From Parachlamydiales bacterium (lineage in GTDB: Bacteria > Chlamydiota > Chlamydiia > Chlamydiales > JAFEGQ01): DNA of 64,000 nt. The stretch spans positions 30,305 through 94,304 of the forward strand of contig JBFWPF010000001.1 in the NCBI GenBank assembly GCA_050250135.1. Direction: 5' to 3'. Positions 28,260-37,753 of this stretch are shown here, in pieces. The notes beneath the pieces were generated by a model. That model did no database searches. It worked only from the letters and a program-made list of their open reading frames with translations, and was not told the DNA's origin. The translations under genes were made by a program, and so were the position numbers. Numbering within the stretch: position 1 is the stretch's first letter; each line of letters starts with the position of its first letter.

Positions 28260-28333
28260 CGCACCGGAGAGGACTCGAACCTCTAACCGCCCGGTTCGTA
28301 GCCGGGTACTCTATCCGATTGAGCTACCGGTGC
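28260..28333 (-). tRNA. tRNA-Arg (anticodon ACG), CCA not encoded
   Basis: It folds by hand into a cloverleaf. The acceptor stem is GCACCGG/CCGGTGC. The anticodon stem is CCCGG/CCGGG with loop CTACGAA. The T-arm is AGAGG-TTCGAGT-CCTCT and the discriminator base is G. Confidence 0.85.
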
Positions 28334-28436
28334 AGCAAAGGGCCCCATTATTAAGGCGAACCCCTTTTAGAGCAACGATGCCGTTGAGGCAAAAATTCGA
28401 TTAAATGCTACGGTAAGTAAGTGATGTGAGGGCCTC

Positions 28437-29780
28437 ATGAAAGTCGTTATCGTCGGGGCGGGGGACATTGGGATTGCGATTGCCTCTCTCCTCTCGGCAG
28501 AAAACTACGACGTCATCCTAGTCGACCAGGATGCGCACCGACTAGAGAAGGCCTCCGAAGATCTCGATATCGCGACGACGAGGGGATCGGGGACCGATTG
28601 GAAGGTGCTCGAGGAGCTCCAGGAGTTCACCCCCAGCATGTTGATCGCCGTCACCGACAGTGACGAGATCAACCTCACCTGCTGCGCCATTGCTAAGGCC
28701 CTCGCCTACCCGATCACCGTCGCTAGAGTCCGGCAAGCCAGCTACGTCAGCAAGTCTCGCCTCGATTTCGGCCGCATTTTCTCGGTCGACCACTTTGTCA
28801 GCCCCGAGTACCTGGCCGCCCTGGACGTTGCGACCTACGCCCTCAATTTGGGAGCCGTTAAAGTCCAGAATTTCGCGATGGGCTCGGTCCAGATGCGGAC
28901 GCTAACTGTTCCCCAGAAATGGAAACGGGCGGGGATACCGCTGGCCAAGCTTGATCTGCCCACCGGGGTGCTGGCGGGGCTGATCCACCGGCGGGATCAT
29001 GAGGCGATCATCTTCCCCCATGGAGAGGATAGCTTCCGCCCCGGCGATGAGGTGACCTTAGTCGGGCAGACCGAACCGATGGAGGAGATCCACGAGTTTT
29101 TTGGGATGAAGCAAAAGCGGGTCGATTCGGCAGTGATCATCGGCGGCGGGTTGATTGGAACCCAGGTGGCCCGCCTCCTCCTTGCCCACAACGTCAGGGT
29201 CCGCATCATTGAGAGGGACCGACAACTCTGCACTCTCTTGGCCGAACGGTTCCCCGAAGCGATCGTCATCCACCACGACGGCTCTAACCTAGAGTTTCTC
29301 CGCTCCCAGCGGATCGGAGATGCTGACATCACCATTGCGGCCACCCGAAGCGATGAAACCAATGTCTTTGCCGCCCTGTTGGCTCAAGAGGCAGGGGCCA
29401 AGCAGGTGGTCGCCGTGGTTTCGGAGGCCGCCGCGGTCGCTACCCTGACCCGCCATGGGATCACCCACATCGTCTCTCCCCGGAGCGTGGCCGCTAATCA
29501 GATCATCCAGATTGCGCAGTCAGAGTCGATCACCAGCTCCACCACCCTCTACGAAAACCGCGCCAAGGTGCTCGAGCTCACCGTTTCGATGAGGTCGAAG
29601 ATCGTCGGTATCCCGCTCGCTCACCTCGCCCCCTACTTCCCCAAAGAGTTTCTTATCGCGGTGATCCAAAATAGGGGGCGAACGTTGATCGCCGATGGGA
29701 GGCGGATCCTCTGCCCTGGCGACACCGCCCTCGTGATCACAAGCCCCAAACAGGTTGACGAGGTCCTCTCCCTATTTTGA
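28437..29780 (+). CDS. trkA: Trk potassium uptake protein TrkA (two NAD-binding/RCK modules)
   Basis: N-terminal motif VVIVGAGDIGIA and a second Rossmann motif VIIGGGLIGTQVA. Confidence 0.85.
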   Translation: MKVVIVGAGDIGIAIASLLSAENYDVILVDQDAHRLEKASEDLDIATTRGSGTDWKVLEELQEFTPSMLIAVTDSDEINLTCCAIAKALAYPITVARVRQASYVSKSRLDFGRIFSVDHFVSPEYLAALDVATYALNLGAVKVQNFAMGSVQMRTLTVPQKWKRAGIPLAKLDLPTGVLAGLIHRRDHEAIIFPHGEDSFRPGDEVTLVGQTEPMEEIHEFFGMKQKRVDSAVIIGGGLIGTQVARLLLAHNVRVRIIERDRQLCTLLAERFPEAIVIHHDGSNLEFLRSQRIGDADITIAATRSDETNVFAALLAQEAGAKQVVAVVSEAAAVATLTRHGITHIVSPRSVAANQIIQIAQSESITSSTTLYENRAKVLELTVSMRSKIVGIPLAHLAPYFPKEFLIAVIQNRGRTLIADGRRILCPGDTALVITSPKQVDEVLSLF

Positions 29781-29781
29781 T

Positions 29782-31419
29782 ATGCAATTACGAGAAATAT
29801 CGAGACTATTAGGCGCCTACCTCTTCTTCTTTGCAGCCACACTCTGTATTCCCCTGTTGCTGAGCCTCTACTTCGAGTGGTTTGACGACTCCTCTCCCTA
29901 CCCTTCGACCACCTTTGCCTTCTTGATCAGCCTTCTCGTCTGCCTCGCCCTTGCGCTCCTCCTCCGCTGGATTGGGCGAAAGGGAAAAGGGAGCCTCTAC
30001 CGGCGGGAGGCGCTCCTGATCGTGGTGATCATCTGGTTTCTCACAGGGATCGTGGCCGCCCTCCCCTTTACCCTCTCAGGGAGCTTGAGAAACCCCTTGG
30101 ACGCCTATTTCGAAGTGATCTCGGGGCTCACTACCACAGGGGCCTCCGTCATCACCGGAAAGGTCTACGATAGCAGCGGAAAAGAGATCCCTATCGAGAC
30201 GACCATTAAAACCGATCCCCCTACCCGATACACCTACTACGGAACCATCGCTCCCATCCGCGATGCGAGCGGAGAGATTATCCGAACCGGCGTCGAAGCG
30301 CTCCCCCCTGCCCTCCTCTTTTGGCGCTCCTTTCTCAATTGGCTGGGCGGAATGGGGATCGTGGTCCTCTTCCTGGCTATCCTCCCTGCACTAGGGGTCG
30401 GTGGAAAGCTCCTCTATCAGGCCGAGGTCCCAGGGCCGGTCAAGGACTCCTTTACCCCTAGAATCCGGGGGACCGCCAGCCTGCTTTGGAAGATCTACAT
30501 CCTCCTCTCCGTGCTCCAGGTCGTCCTCATGGTCGCCACCAATGACCAGATCTCCCTCTTCCACTCGATCCTCGTCACCTTTGCCACCATCTCCACAGGG
30601 GGCTTTACCCCCCATAACAGCAGTATCGGCGCCTACATCACCCCGACTACCCAGTGGATCGTCTGCGCCTTTATGGTGGTCGGTGGGCTCAACTTTGCCC
30701 ACTATGTCCACCTCATTCGGCGGAAGATCTCCCGCCTTTGGGAACCCGAATTGGTCACCTACTTTGTCCTCCTGATCCTCTTTTCCGCCTTCGTCTCCTA
30801 CAAGATCTTCGGAACCCCCCAAGACCTCCTCACCGGCCCTCCCACTGGCACCTATTCCCTTTCCGAGGCGATCCGCTACGGGACCTTTAACCTCGTCTCT
30901 TGCCAAACCTGCACCGGCTTTGCGACCGCCAACTTCGATCTTTGGCCCTTTGCCACGCAGGTCCTCCTCCTAACGGCGATGTTTGTGGGCGGTATGTCGG
31001 GGTCAACGGCCGGTGGCATCAAGGTTGTCCGTCAGACGATGTTTTTTAAGATCTTTCTCCACCGAGTCGAAGCGGTCTTCCGTCCCAATGCGGTTAGAGC
31101 CATTCGGGTGGGTCATGGGGAGATCGCTTATGATCGGGCCCTTACCGTTTGCACCTTCATCATCATCGTGATTGGCCTGGCGCTCATCGGCACCTTCCTC
31201 CTTGTTGTCGACGGTGTCGATCCCCAAACCTCCCTCTCGGTCAACGCCTGTATGCTCAACAACGTCGGCTTGGCCTTCCGCGCTGCCGGCCCTGAAGGGA
31301 CTTTTGCCTTCCTCACCCCCTTTGGCAAATCGCTCTCCATCTTCTACATGGTCCTCGGCAGACTCGAGTACTTTGCCATTCTGATCCTCTTCCTCCCCTC
31401 ATTTTGGAGATCAAAATGA
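29782..31419 (+). CDS. trkH: Trk-type potassium transporter membrane subunit
   Basis: A polytopic protein with TrkH-like GLTTTGAS and STGGFT motifs. The ATG at 29782 lies 1 nt after the trkA stop. Confidence 0.85.
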   Translation: MQLREISRLLGAYLFFFAATLCIPLLLSLYFEWFDDSSPYPSTTFAFLISLLVCLALALLLRWIGRKGKGSLYRREALLIVVIIWFLTGIVAALPFTLSGSLRNPLDAYFEVISGLTTTGASVITGKVYDSSGKEIPIETTIKTDPPTRYTYYGTIAPIRDASGEIIRTGVEALPPALLFWRSFLNWLGGMGIVVLFLAILPALGVGGKLLYQAEVPGPVKDSFTPRIRGTASLLWKIYILLSVLQVVLMVATNDQISLFHSILVTFATISTGGFTPHNSSIGAYITPTTQWIVCAFMVVGGLNFAHYVHLIRRKISRLWEPELVTYFVLLILFSAFVSYKIFGTPQDLLTGPPTGTYSLSEAIRYGTFNLVSCQTCTGFATANFDLWPFATQVLLLTAMFVGGMSGSTAGGIKVVRQTMFFKIFLHRVEAVFRPNAVRAIRVGHGEIAYDRALTVCTFIIIVIGLALIGTFLLVVDGVDPQTSLSVNACMLNNVGLAFRAAGPEGTFAFLTPFGKSLSIFYMVLGRLEYFAILILFLPSFWRSK

Positions 31420-32165
31420 GGGGCATTCTCCTCCTGCTGCTCCTTACCACTCAGGGGTGGACCCCAAGCCGGCAGACCCAGGTGATCGGTTGCGCCGAAG
31501 CGGTCTATGAGAGCCTCGTATCAAGCTATCCCAGTTACCACTACCCTTTTTTAGCGATCAAAACGGAGCGGCTCAAGGAGCAGAAGCAGGAGACCATTCT
31601 CCTCTTCAGTTACGGCAGCCTGATCAACCTCAAGTCGGCCCAGCAGACCCTTTCGGAGGAGGCGCTGGAGAGCCGCCAGCCTGCCATCGCCTTTGGTGTC
31701 CGTCGCCTATTCGATTACGACCCGACAAAGACGGCGCTCGGCCCTCCCAAAGACCCCAAGTACCGGGCGATGCTCAACCTCGAGAAAACGAAAGAGCCGA
31801 GCGATTTGGTCAACGGGGTGGTCCTTGAGGTGCCACGGGAGAACCTAGCCGATCTCTGCGAGAGGGAGGTCGGCTACGACCTTGTGCCGGTGGTCTATAC
31901 CCTGTGGGAGGGGGCGTTAGCCCTTGAGCCGGGGAGGTGCCCCCCATTCGGCGTCGCCTACGCCTTTATGGCCCCTGAGGCCGAAAGAGGGGGAAGGGTT
32001 CGGGTCAACCGGAAGATCAAGCCCCGCCCCGACTACTACAAGCTGGTGCGGGAGGGGGCTGCCGAATATGGCCCCGACTATCTGCAGCTCTTCATCAAGA
32101 CCACCTACAAGGGAAACGGCAAGCCGGTCAACGATAGGGCCCTGCTTAAACGAGCAGGGCTATAG
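31416..32165 (+). CDS. secreted ChaC/gamma-glutamylcyclotransferase-like protein
   Basis: Signal peptide MRGILLLLLLTTQG. It has the FSYGSLIN motif and a downstream EREVGYD. The start overlaps the trkH stop as ATGA. Confidence 0.45.
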   Translation: MRGILLLLLLTTQGWTPSRQTQVIGCAEAVYESLVSSYPSYHYPFLAIKTERLKEQKQETILLFSYGSLINLKSAQQTLSEEALESRQPAIAFGVRRLFDYDPTKTALGPPKDPKYRAMLNLEKTKEPSDLVNGVVLEVPRENLADLCEREVGYDLVPVVYTLWEGALALEPGRCPPFGVAYAFMAPEAERGGRVRVNRKIKPRPDYYKLVREGAAEYGPDYLQLFIKTTYKGNGKPVNDRALLKRAGL

Positions 32166-33758
32166 CATTTCCGAGCTTTTCGATTCGGATTTGTCGGCAA
32201 TCATCGCCGCTGTCGTCAAAAGAAGCCCCGCCACCGATACAGCATTCAAGAGAGCGCTCTTTGTGACCAGTACCGGATCGATCACTCCCGCCTTCACCAG
32301 GTCCTCGTACTGGCCGGTAAGGCCATTGAAGCCAAAGGGCCCCTCCCTCTCATAGACCCGCTCGGCGACTAAAAGGCCCCGCTCGCCACAGTTATCGGCA
32401 ATCGCCGCTAGCGGCGCGAAGGCGGCCTGGCGAAGCATTTCGACCGCAAGCTGCTCCTCCCCCTCAAGGGTGAGGCTCTTTAGACCGCGAACCGCTCTCA
32501 AAAGGGCAACGCCGCCGCCAGGGACGATCCCCTCCGCAACCGCCGCTTTGGTCGCGTGGAGGGCATCCTCAACCCGCATCTTCTTCTCTTTCATCGCCGC
32601 TTCGGTAGCAGCCCCCACATTGATGACCGCAATCCCGCCTGTCAGTTTCGCAAGCCGCTCCTCAAGCTTCTCTCGGTCGTACTCGGAGGAGGCATTCTCG
32701 ATTTCAACCCGAATCTGGGCCGCACGGGCCTTAATCCGCTTTGCCTCGCCCCGCCCCCCCACAATCGTCGTCTCCTCCTTGCTCAGGCTCACTCGGTCGG
32801 CCCGCCCCAGAACCTCGAGGCCAACCTTTTCCAGGTCGTACCCCGTCTCCTCTGAAACCACGGTGGCCCCGGTAACGGCCGCCATATCCTCCAGAAGGGC
32901 CTTGCGCCGCTCCCCAAAGCCGGGAGCTTTTGTGCTGCAAAGGGCCATTCCCCCCTTCAGCCGGTTGATCACTAGAGTCGCAAGCGCCTCATCCTCAATT
33001 GCTTCTGCAACTATCAGTAGGGGCTTGGCCCCCGCTTGAGCAACCTTTTCCAAAATCGGGACAAGCTCCATTGCGCTCGTCACTTTCCGATCGATCAGGA
33101 GAATCTGCGCCCCCTCAAATTCGACCCGCATCGTCTCGGGCTTATTCACAAAGTAGGGGGAGGAATAGCCCTGGTCGAACTGAATCCCTTCGACCACCTC
33201 GAGCTCGGTCTCCATCCCTTTTGCCTCGCCCGCTGTGATGATCCCCTCCTTGCCTACCCGTTTCATCGCCTCGGAGATGATCGCCCCGATTTCGGGGTCG
33301 TTATTCGCTGAGATCGTCGCCACTTGAGCAATCTCCTCTGGGGTGCTCACTGGGGTAGCCAATCGATCGAGCTCTTCTGCCAGTTTTCGAGCAGCCCGGT
33401 CGAGCCCCCGTTTGATCGCCATCGGATCGGCTCCAGAGGCGACATTGCGCAAGCCCGCCGAGTAGATCGCCTCGGCCAAAACCACCGCTGTCGTGGTCCC
33501 ATCCCCCGCCACATCGGCTGTCTTTGAGGCCACCTCTTTGACCAACTGAACCCCCATGTTCTCGAACGGATCGGGCAGGGCGATCTCTTTGGCGACCGTT
33601 ACGCCGTCCTTAGTGGACTTTGGGCTGCCGTAAGGGGTACGGATCACCACATTGCGCCCCTTAGGACCCAGGGTTGCCCCAACTGCCCGGCGCAGGGTCT
33701 TGAGCCCCTTATGGACCGATTTCAACGCCTCTTGCTCAAACTGAAATCTTTTTGACAT
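32160..33758 (-). CDS. groEL: chaperonin GroEL paralog (no adjacent groES, no GGM tail)
   Basis: Motifs GDGTTTAVVLA and VAGGGVAL. The ATG is at 33758 (MSKRFQFE). The track's GTG start is at 33800. Confidence 0.9.
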   Translation of the reverse strand: MSKRFQFEQEALKSVHKGLKTLRRAVGATLGPKGRNVVIRTPYGSPKSTKDGVTVAKEIALPDPFENMGVQLVKEVASKTADVAGDGTTTAVVLAEAIYSAGLRNVASGADPMAIKRGLDRAARKLAEELDRLATPVSTPEEIAQVATISANNDPEIGAIISEAMKRVGKEGIITAGEAKGMETELEVVEGIQFDQGYSSPYFVNKPETMRVEFEGAQILLIDRKVTSAMELVPILEKVAQAGAKPLLIVAEAIEDEALATLVINRLKGGMALCSTKAPGFGERRKALLEDMAAVTGATVVSEETGYDLEKVGLEVLGRADRVSLSKEETTIVGGRGEAKRIKARAAQIRVEIENASSEYDREKLEERLAKLTGGIAVINVGAATEAAMKEKKMRVEDALHATKAAVAEGIVPGGGVALLRAVRGLKSLTLEGEEQLAVEMLRQAAFAPLAAIADNCGERGLLVAERVYEREGPFGFNGLTGQYEDLVKAGVIDPVLVTKSALLNAVSVAGLLLTTAAMIADKSESKSSEML

Positions 33759-33786
33759 GGTCAAATCACCCTTGAGGTTTACCGAG

Positions 33787-33816
33787 AGTCTAGCCCCCAC
33801 CGCCCCCTTTTGTCAA
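33787..33816 (-). promoter_or_regulatory. possible promoter TTGACA-N18-TAGACT for groEL
   Basis: On the minus strand, the -35 box lies at 33816-33811 and the -10 box at 33792-33787. Confidence 0.4.
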
Positions 33817-33822
33817 GAATCT

Positions 33823-33845
33823 GGCACTTCAACATTTGAAGTGCC
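33823..33845. promoter_or_regulatory. perfect 10-bp inverted repeat; CIRCE-like operator or terminator hairpin
   Basis: The sequence is GGCACTTCAA-CAT-TTGAAGTGCC. Read as GGCACTT-N9-AAGTGCC, it matches the CIRCE core AGCACTC-N9-GAGTGCT at 5 of 7 positions per arm. Confidence 0.35.
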
Positions 33846-33854
33846 ATCCCCTTA

Positions 33855-35072
33855 TTATTTATACAGGAGGTAGGGAGCTCTTCGCTTTTTGAACGCCTCT
33901 CGCTCCTTTCCATGAAGGCCGATCAGTTTCCAGGAGATGTAGGGCTCGTCGGCTAGGATCTGGTAGAAGGCTTCACTCCCACTCGCCTTAGCCAACATCT
34001 CCCTATTCTTGGGGATCCCCTCCTTCACCTTTTCAGGGTAGAGGCTCTTGAGCACGCCGAGGATCAGAAACTGGGTTGAGGCCGGCTTGAAGGTGGCATA
34101 GTCGGTGATCACCAGCCGGACCCCATTGCAGAGCTGCCCTTTAAACCGCCCTGAGAAGGGGGTAAAGGCAAAGGGCTGAAACTGGATCCCTGCAAAACCC
34201 TGCTTATTGAGGGTCGCCGCCAGTTTCTCTCCATCGATCCAGGGCGCACCGACCACCTTAAAGGGGAGGGTGTAGCCGACCCCAATGCTGATATTGGTCA
34301 ACGCCTCACCCAAAAGACCCGTAGCGGGAAAGTAACAGGCGGTCTCCCAGTCGGGAATATTGGGGGAGAGGGGGGTCCAGGGGAGCTCACAGTCGGCAAA
34401 GCTCATCGACCGCTTCCACCCCTTCATCCGGATCACCTTAAGTTGGCAGCCGATCTGGTACTCCCCATTAAAGAACCGCGCCAGCTCTCCAATCGTCATC
34501 CCGTGGCAGTAGGGGACCTCGAGGTAGCCCAAGAAGGAGCGGAGCTTTTTCTCCAGCACCGGGCCATCGACCATCTGCCCATTGATGGGGTTAGGGCGAT
34601 CGAGAACCACTACCGGGATCTTTGCCTTTGCCGCCTCCTCCATCGCATAGAAGAGGGTGGAAGCATAGGTGTAGTTCCGACTCCCCACATCCTGAATATC
34701 GAAGACCAATAAGTCGATCCCTTTCAACATCTCCGCTGTCGGCCTCCGGTAGGCACCGTAGAGGGAGTGCACGGGCACTCCATTGGGCAGCATCTCTCCT
34801 TTGACCACCTTTTCAGCATAGACCGCCCCATTAAGGCCATGCTCAGGAGCAAAGACCGCTCCTAGCTGATAGGGACCCACGTGGCGCTGAAAGAGGGCCA
34901 GGGTCGACTCCAGCTCGCCGCTCTGTCCCGTGTGGTTCGTGATCAGCCCCACCCTCTTTCCCTCCAGGGAGGAGAGGAGCTCTTTCTCGGAAAAGAGGCG
35001 GTCGACTCCCAGCTTCACCTGACCGAAAAGGGGGAGTGCGGCAAGCAGCAGGATAAGGACTCTTCTCAACAT
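33855..35072 (-). CDS. DUF1343 family protein (NamZ-like exo-muramidase family)
   Basis: It has a signal peptide and the motifs GLITNHTG and FAPEHG. Confidence 0.7.
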   Translation of the reverse strand: MLRRVLILLLAALPLFGQVKLGVDRLFSEKELLSSLEGKRVGLITNHTGQSGELESTLALFQRHVGPYQLGAVFAPEHGLNGAVYAEKVVKGEMLPNGVPVHSLYGAYRRPTAEMLKGIDLLVFDIQDVGSRNYTYASTLFYAMEEAAKAKIPVVVLDRPNPINGQMVDGPVLEKKLRSFLGYLEVPYCHGMTIGELARFFNGEYQIGCQLKVIRMKGWKRSMSFADCELPWTPLSPNIPDWETACYFPATGLLGEALTNISIGVGYTLPFKVVGAPWIDGEKLAATLNKQGFAGIQFQPFAFTPFSGRFKGQLCNGVRLVITDYATFKPASTQFLILGVLKSLYPEKVKEGIPKNREMLAKASGSEAFYQILADEPYISWKLIGLHGKEREAFKKRRAPYLLYK

Positions 35073-35138
35073 AACCTTCCCCGTTTACCCCCTATTATGC
35101 TATCAGAGCTCTATCTGTGGATACCTTGTGGGTAAAAA

Positions 35139-36206
35139 ATGAAGCGTCTCCTCTCCCTCCTCCTTCTCTCAACTTCGGTAAGTGCCGGCTCCTTTCTCCC
35201 GCCCCCATGCCCCAATGCCCGCTACGGCGTCTTCGAAATCCAGTTCGACTTCCTCTATCTCCGCACGAGCGCCTCCGACTACCTCTACGCCATTGAGGAC
35301 AACCGCCCCTTTACCACCGCTGCCGAGGTCGCCTCCCGCCTCCCCGCCGGCCGCTCGGTCCGCCTCGATCCCGATGGGGCCCTCGGCTTTCGCGGCTCCC
35401 TCGGCTACCTCACCTGCCGCTGCTCCCAAGACCTTACCCTCGTCTACTCCACCCTCAGCGACGCCGAAAAGGAGGAGAAAACCCCCGAGGCTCTAGCGGG
35501 AGGGTTTTGGCCCCTCTTTGCCCACCCCCGGTACATGAATCAGACCCCCCTTTACTCCCCAAACCTCCTCGACACCGACCCCGCTCGAGTCCTTGCCGAC
35601 GGCTCATTCGACTGGGATGCCGTCGAACTCCAGCTCGGAAAGCGTACAAAAGTACGCCGCTGTGCCCAACTTCGAGGCTTTGCTTCCCTCTATTATGTCC
35701 ATCTCCGCAATGGGCTAGACACCGCGTACGAGGGGTTCATCGACCCCAGCCAGGATCGGTTCCTCGCAGCCCACGTCGATTTCGACGGGAAGACCTGGGG
35801 GGTTGGCCCCCGCATCGGCTTTGACCTTTCCCAGCGAATCTGGTGCGGCCTTGGGGTCTCCGCTCATTTCGCAGGCGGCCTCCTCGCCGGCCGAATGGAG
35901 AGCAAGCTCTTCGAAACGGTCGCCGAAACCCTCGGCGGCCTCATCCAATTTGAAGAGGAGCTTGCCGTACTCGATCACAGCCGCGCCATCCTCTTTCCGA
36001 ATATTTCTGGCGCACTAGCGGTGAACTACACCTATATCTGTGAGAATTTCTTCGCCTTTATTGCCGAGGTCGGCTATGAGTATACCTCTTACATCAATGT
36101 AGTTAGGGATCCGACCCGGTACAACGACCAGAGGGGAACGAGGACCCAAAACTGCGGGAACTTTGATCTGAACGGGATCTATGTTCGGCTAAAGGTTCGG
36201 ATGTGA
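35139..36206 (+). CDS. MOMP-like outer-membrane beta-barrel protein, paralog 1
   Basis: It has a signal peptide and the family motifs FEIQFDFLYLR, WGVGPRIGFD, YEYTSYIN and FDLNGIYVRLKVRM. It lacks the N-terminal Cys cluster. Confidence 0.7.
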   Translation: MKRLLSLLLLSTSVSAGSFLPPPCPNARYGVFEIQFDFLYLRTSASDYLYAIEDNRPFTTAAEVASRLPAGRSVRLDPDGALGFRGSLGYLTCRCSQDLTLVYSTLSDAEKEEKTPEALAGGFWPLFAHPRYMNQTPLYSPNLLDTDPARVLADGSFDWDAVELQLGKRTKVRRCAQLRGFASLYYVHLRNGLDTAYEGFIDPSQDRFLAAHVDFDGKTWGVGPRIGFDLSQRIWCGLGVSAHFAGGLLAGRMESKLFETVAETLGGLIQFEEELAVLDHSRAILFPNISGALAVNYTYICENFFAFIAEVGYEYTSYINVVRDPTRYNDQRGTRTQNCGNFDLNGIYVRLKVRM

Positions 36207-36385
36207 GCTAAGCCGATGCGGGAAAAAACTTTGGAAAAAAAGTCAGGGTCCGCTACGGTGCAGACTATAGAGCTTTTGAACAAAAAGGGTGGGGTCGTGA
36301 GTGCGGCCCCATCAGAAAAACAGAGGGTTCTAGGCTAGCTCTTGGGAGCTAGCAGAAGACCCACAGTGATAGATAGGAGAAAACC

Positions 36386-37642
36386 ATGAAACGATTCGTT
36401 CTATCGCTACTTGCCGCTGGTGTCAGCGCGGTAGCGGGTTTGCAGGCTAGCGGCTATGGGAGCTGCAATTCCTGTTGCGATCCTTGTTGCGACCCATGCC
36501 CCTCCTGGTGCTGTGGGAGCTTCGAGGTAGGGGGACAGTGGATCTACCTTAGACCCACTTCCTGTGACTTTGATTTCGTCATTAAAGATCCTCGGACGCT
36601 AGATACCAGCATCACCACAGGGGACAACAGCCCTGCCGACTGGGCAGGCTTCCTTCCCCAAGGGAAGAGCCACGGGATCGACCCTGACTATGAGTCGGGC
36701 TTCCGGGTATCGCTTGGCTACATTATGGACTGCAGCTGCTATGATGTACGCGTAGAGTACACCTACCTCCACCCCTGCGATCGCTCTAGGGTCTATGGAG
36801 ATGCGCTAACCAACGCGCTATGGCCTACCTACATGCACCCTCGGTACTCTCAGAATCTCGAGTTCGTGATGGGTAACAACACCCTAACCACCTTTGAGAC
36901 CCCGATTTTCAGCGGGACACCTAGCATTACCGATGCTGAGGCTGTTGATGCCTTTGCTTGGTCGAGCGTTAAGTTCGACTACGATGCGGTTGACCTCCAG
37001 TTCGGAAGCCGTGGCTACAAGAGCAACTGCCTCTGGCTGAGAACATACGCCGGTCTCCACTTCATGAACCTCGACCACCGCCACAAGGCCCACTATCGGG
37101 GCGTCTTCTGGGGAGTCGACAACTTCGATGACGGGGTGGTTGCTGAAGCTAACAACGTTGCTGGTTTCTTTGACACCTTCGTCAAGTGGACCAAAAACAC
37201 TTGGGGTATCGGACCCTTGTTCGGCCTTGACGCCCGTTATGAAGTCGCTTGCGGCTTCGGGATCGGCGGCCACTTTGGCGCCGCTATCCTAGCCGGTGAG
37301 ACCGACGGGAAAATGTTCGAGCATGACACCCGTAACTTCTCCGATGGTCAAGGGATCCTCAACCGAGGTGACTTCTCCGGCTTCGACATCGACGAGACCC
37401 TCGATGTTCGCCATGACCACAGAAACCTCCTCTTCCCCTACCTAAGGGCGAGTCTGGGGGTCAACTACCTCTGGTGCTGCGGCAACTGCCTCAAAGTGCT
37501 GGTGGAGGTGGGTTATGAGTTCAACAGCTACATCAACACGATCGGTCAGTTCCGATTCAATGATGAGCGGGGAACCGGCATGGCCAACTGCTATAGCTTC
37601 AACCTTGACGGCATCTACGTCAGCGTGAGAGCGACCATCTAA
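36386..37642 (+). CDS. Cys-rich MOMP-like outer-membrane protein, paralog 2
   Basis: GGAG lies upstream. It has a signal peptide and the motifs CCDPCCDPCPSWCCGSFEVGGQWIYLRP, WGIGPLFGLD and FNDERGTG..FNLDGIYVSVRATI. A terminator follows. Confidence 0.75.
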   Translation: MKRFVLSLLAAGVSAVAGLQASGYGSCNSCCDPCCDPCPSWCCGSFEVGGQWIYLRPTSCDFDFVIKDPRTLDTSITTGDNSPADWAGFLPQGKSHGIDPDYESGFRVSLGYIMDCSCYDVRVEYTYLHPCDRSRVYGDALTNALWPTYMHPRYSQNLEFVMGNNTLTTFETPIFSGTPSITDAEAVDAFAWSSVKFDYDAVDLQFGSRGYKSNCLWLRTYAGLHFMNLDHRHKAHYRGVFWGVDNFDDGVVAEANNVAGFFDTFVKWTKNTWGIGPLFGLDARYEVACGFGIGGHFGAAILAGETDGKMFEHDTRNFSDGQGILNRGDFSGFDIDETLDVRHDHRNLLFPYLRASLGVNYLWCCGNCLKVLVEVGYEFNSYINTIGQFRFNDERGTGMANCYSFNLDGIYVSVRATI

Positions 37643-37667
37643 TCGACTCACCCTAGTCGGTAGAGAG

Positions 37668-37699
37668 GGCGCCGGAGGGAAACCTCCGGCGCCTTTTTT
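37668..37699 (+). terminator. intrinsic terminator
   Basis: GGCGCCGGAGG-GAAA-CCTCCGGCGCC followed by T6. Confidence 0.85.
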
Positions 37700-37713
37700 G
37701 TTTTGGCTCCGAT

Positions 37714-37753
37714 CTTTCCAAAGAAAGGGCCCCTTGCGTAAAATTGTGGTACC
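37714..37753 (+). promoter_or_regulatory. conserved 40-nt leader/promoter block (copy 1)
   Basis: CTTTCCAAAGAAAGGG..GTAAAATTGTGGTACC is shared with 41769-41808. It contains the mini-hairpin CTTTC-CAAA-GAAAG and a TAAAAT box 10 nt before the ATG. Confidence 0.4.

Noticed and set aside
33823-33845. A sigma54 promoter reading of TGGCAC within the inverted repeat.
   Set aside because: The required -12 element (TTGC, 5 nt after TGGCAC) is absent on either strand.
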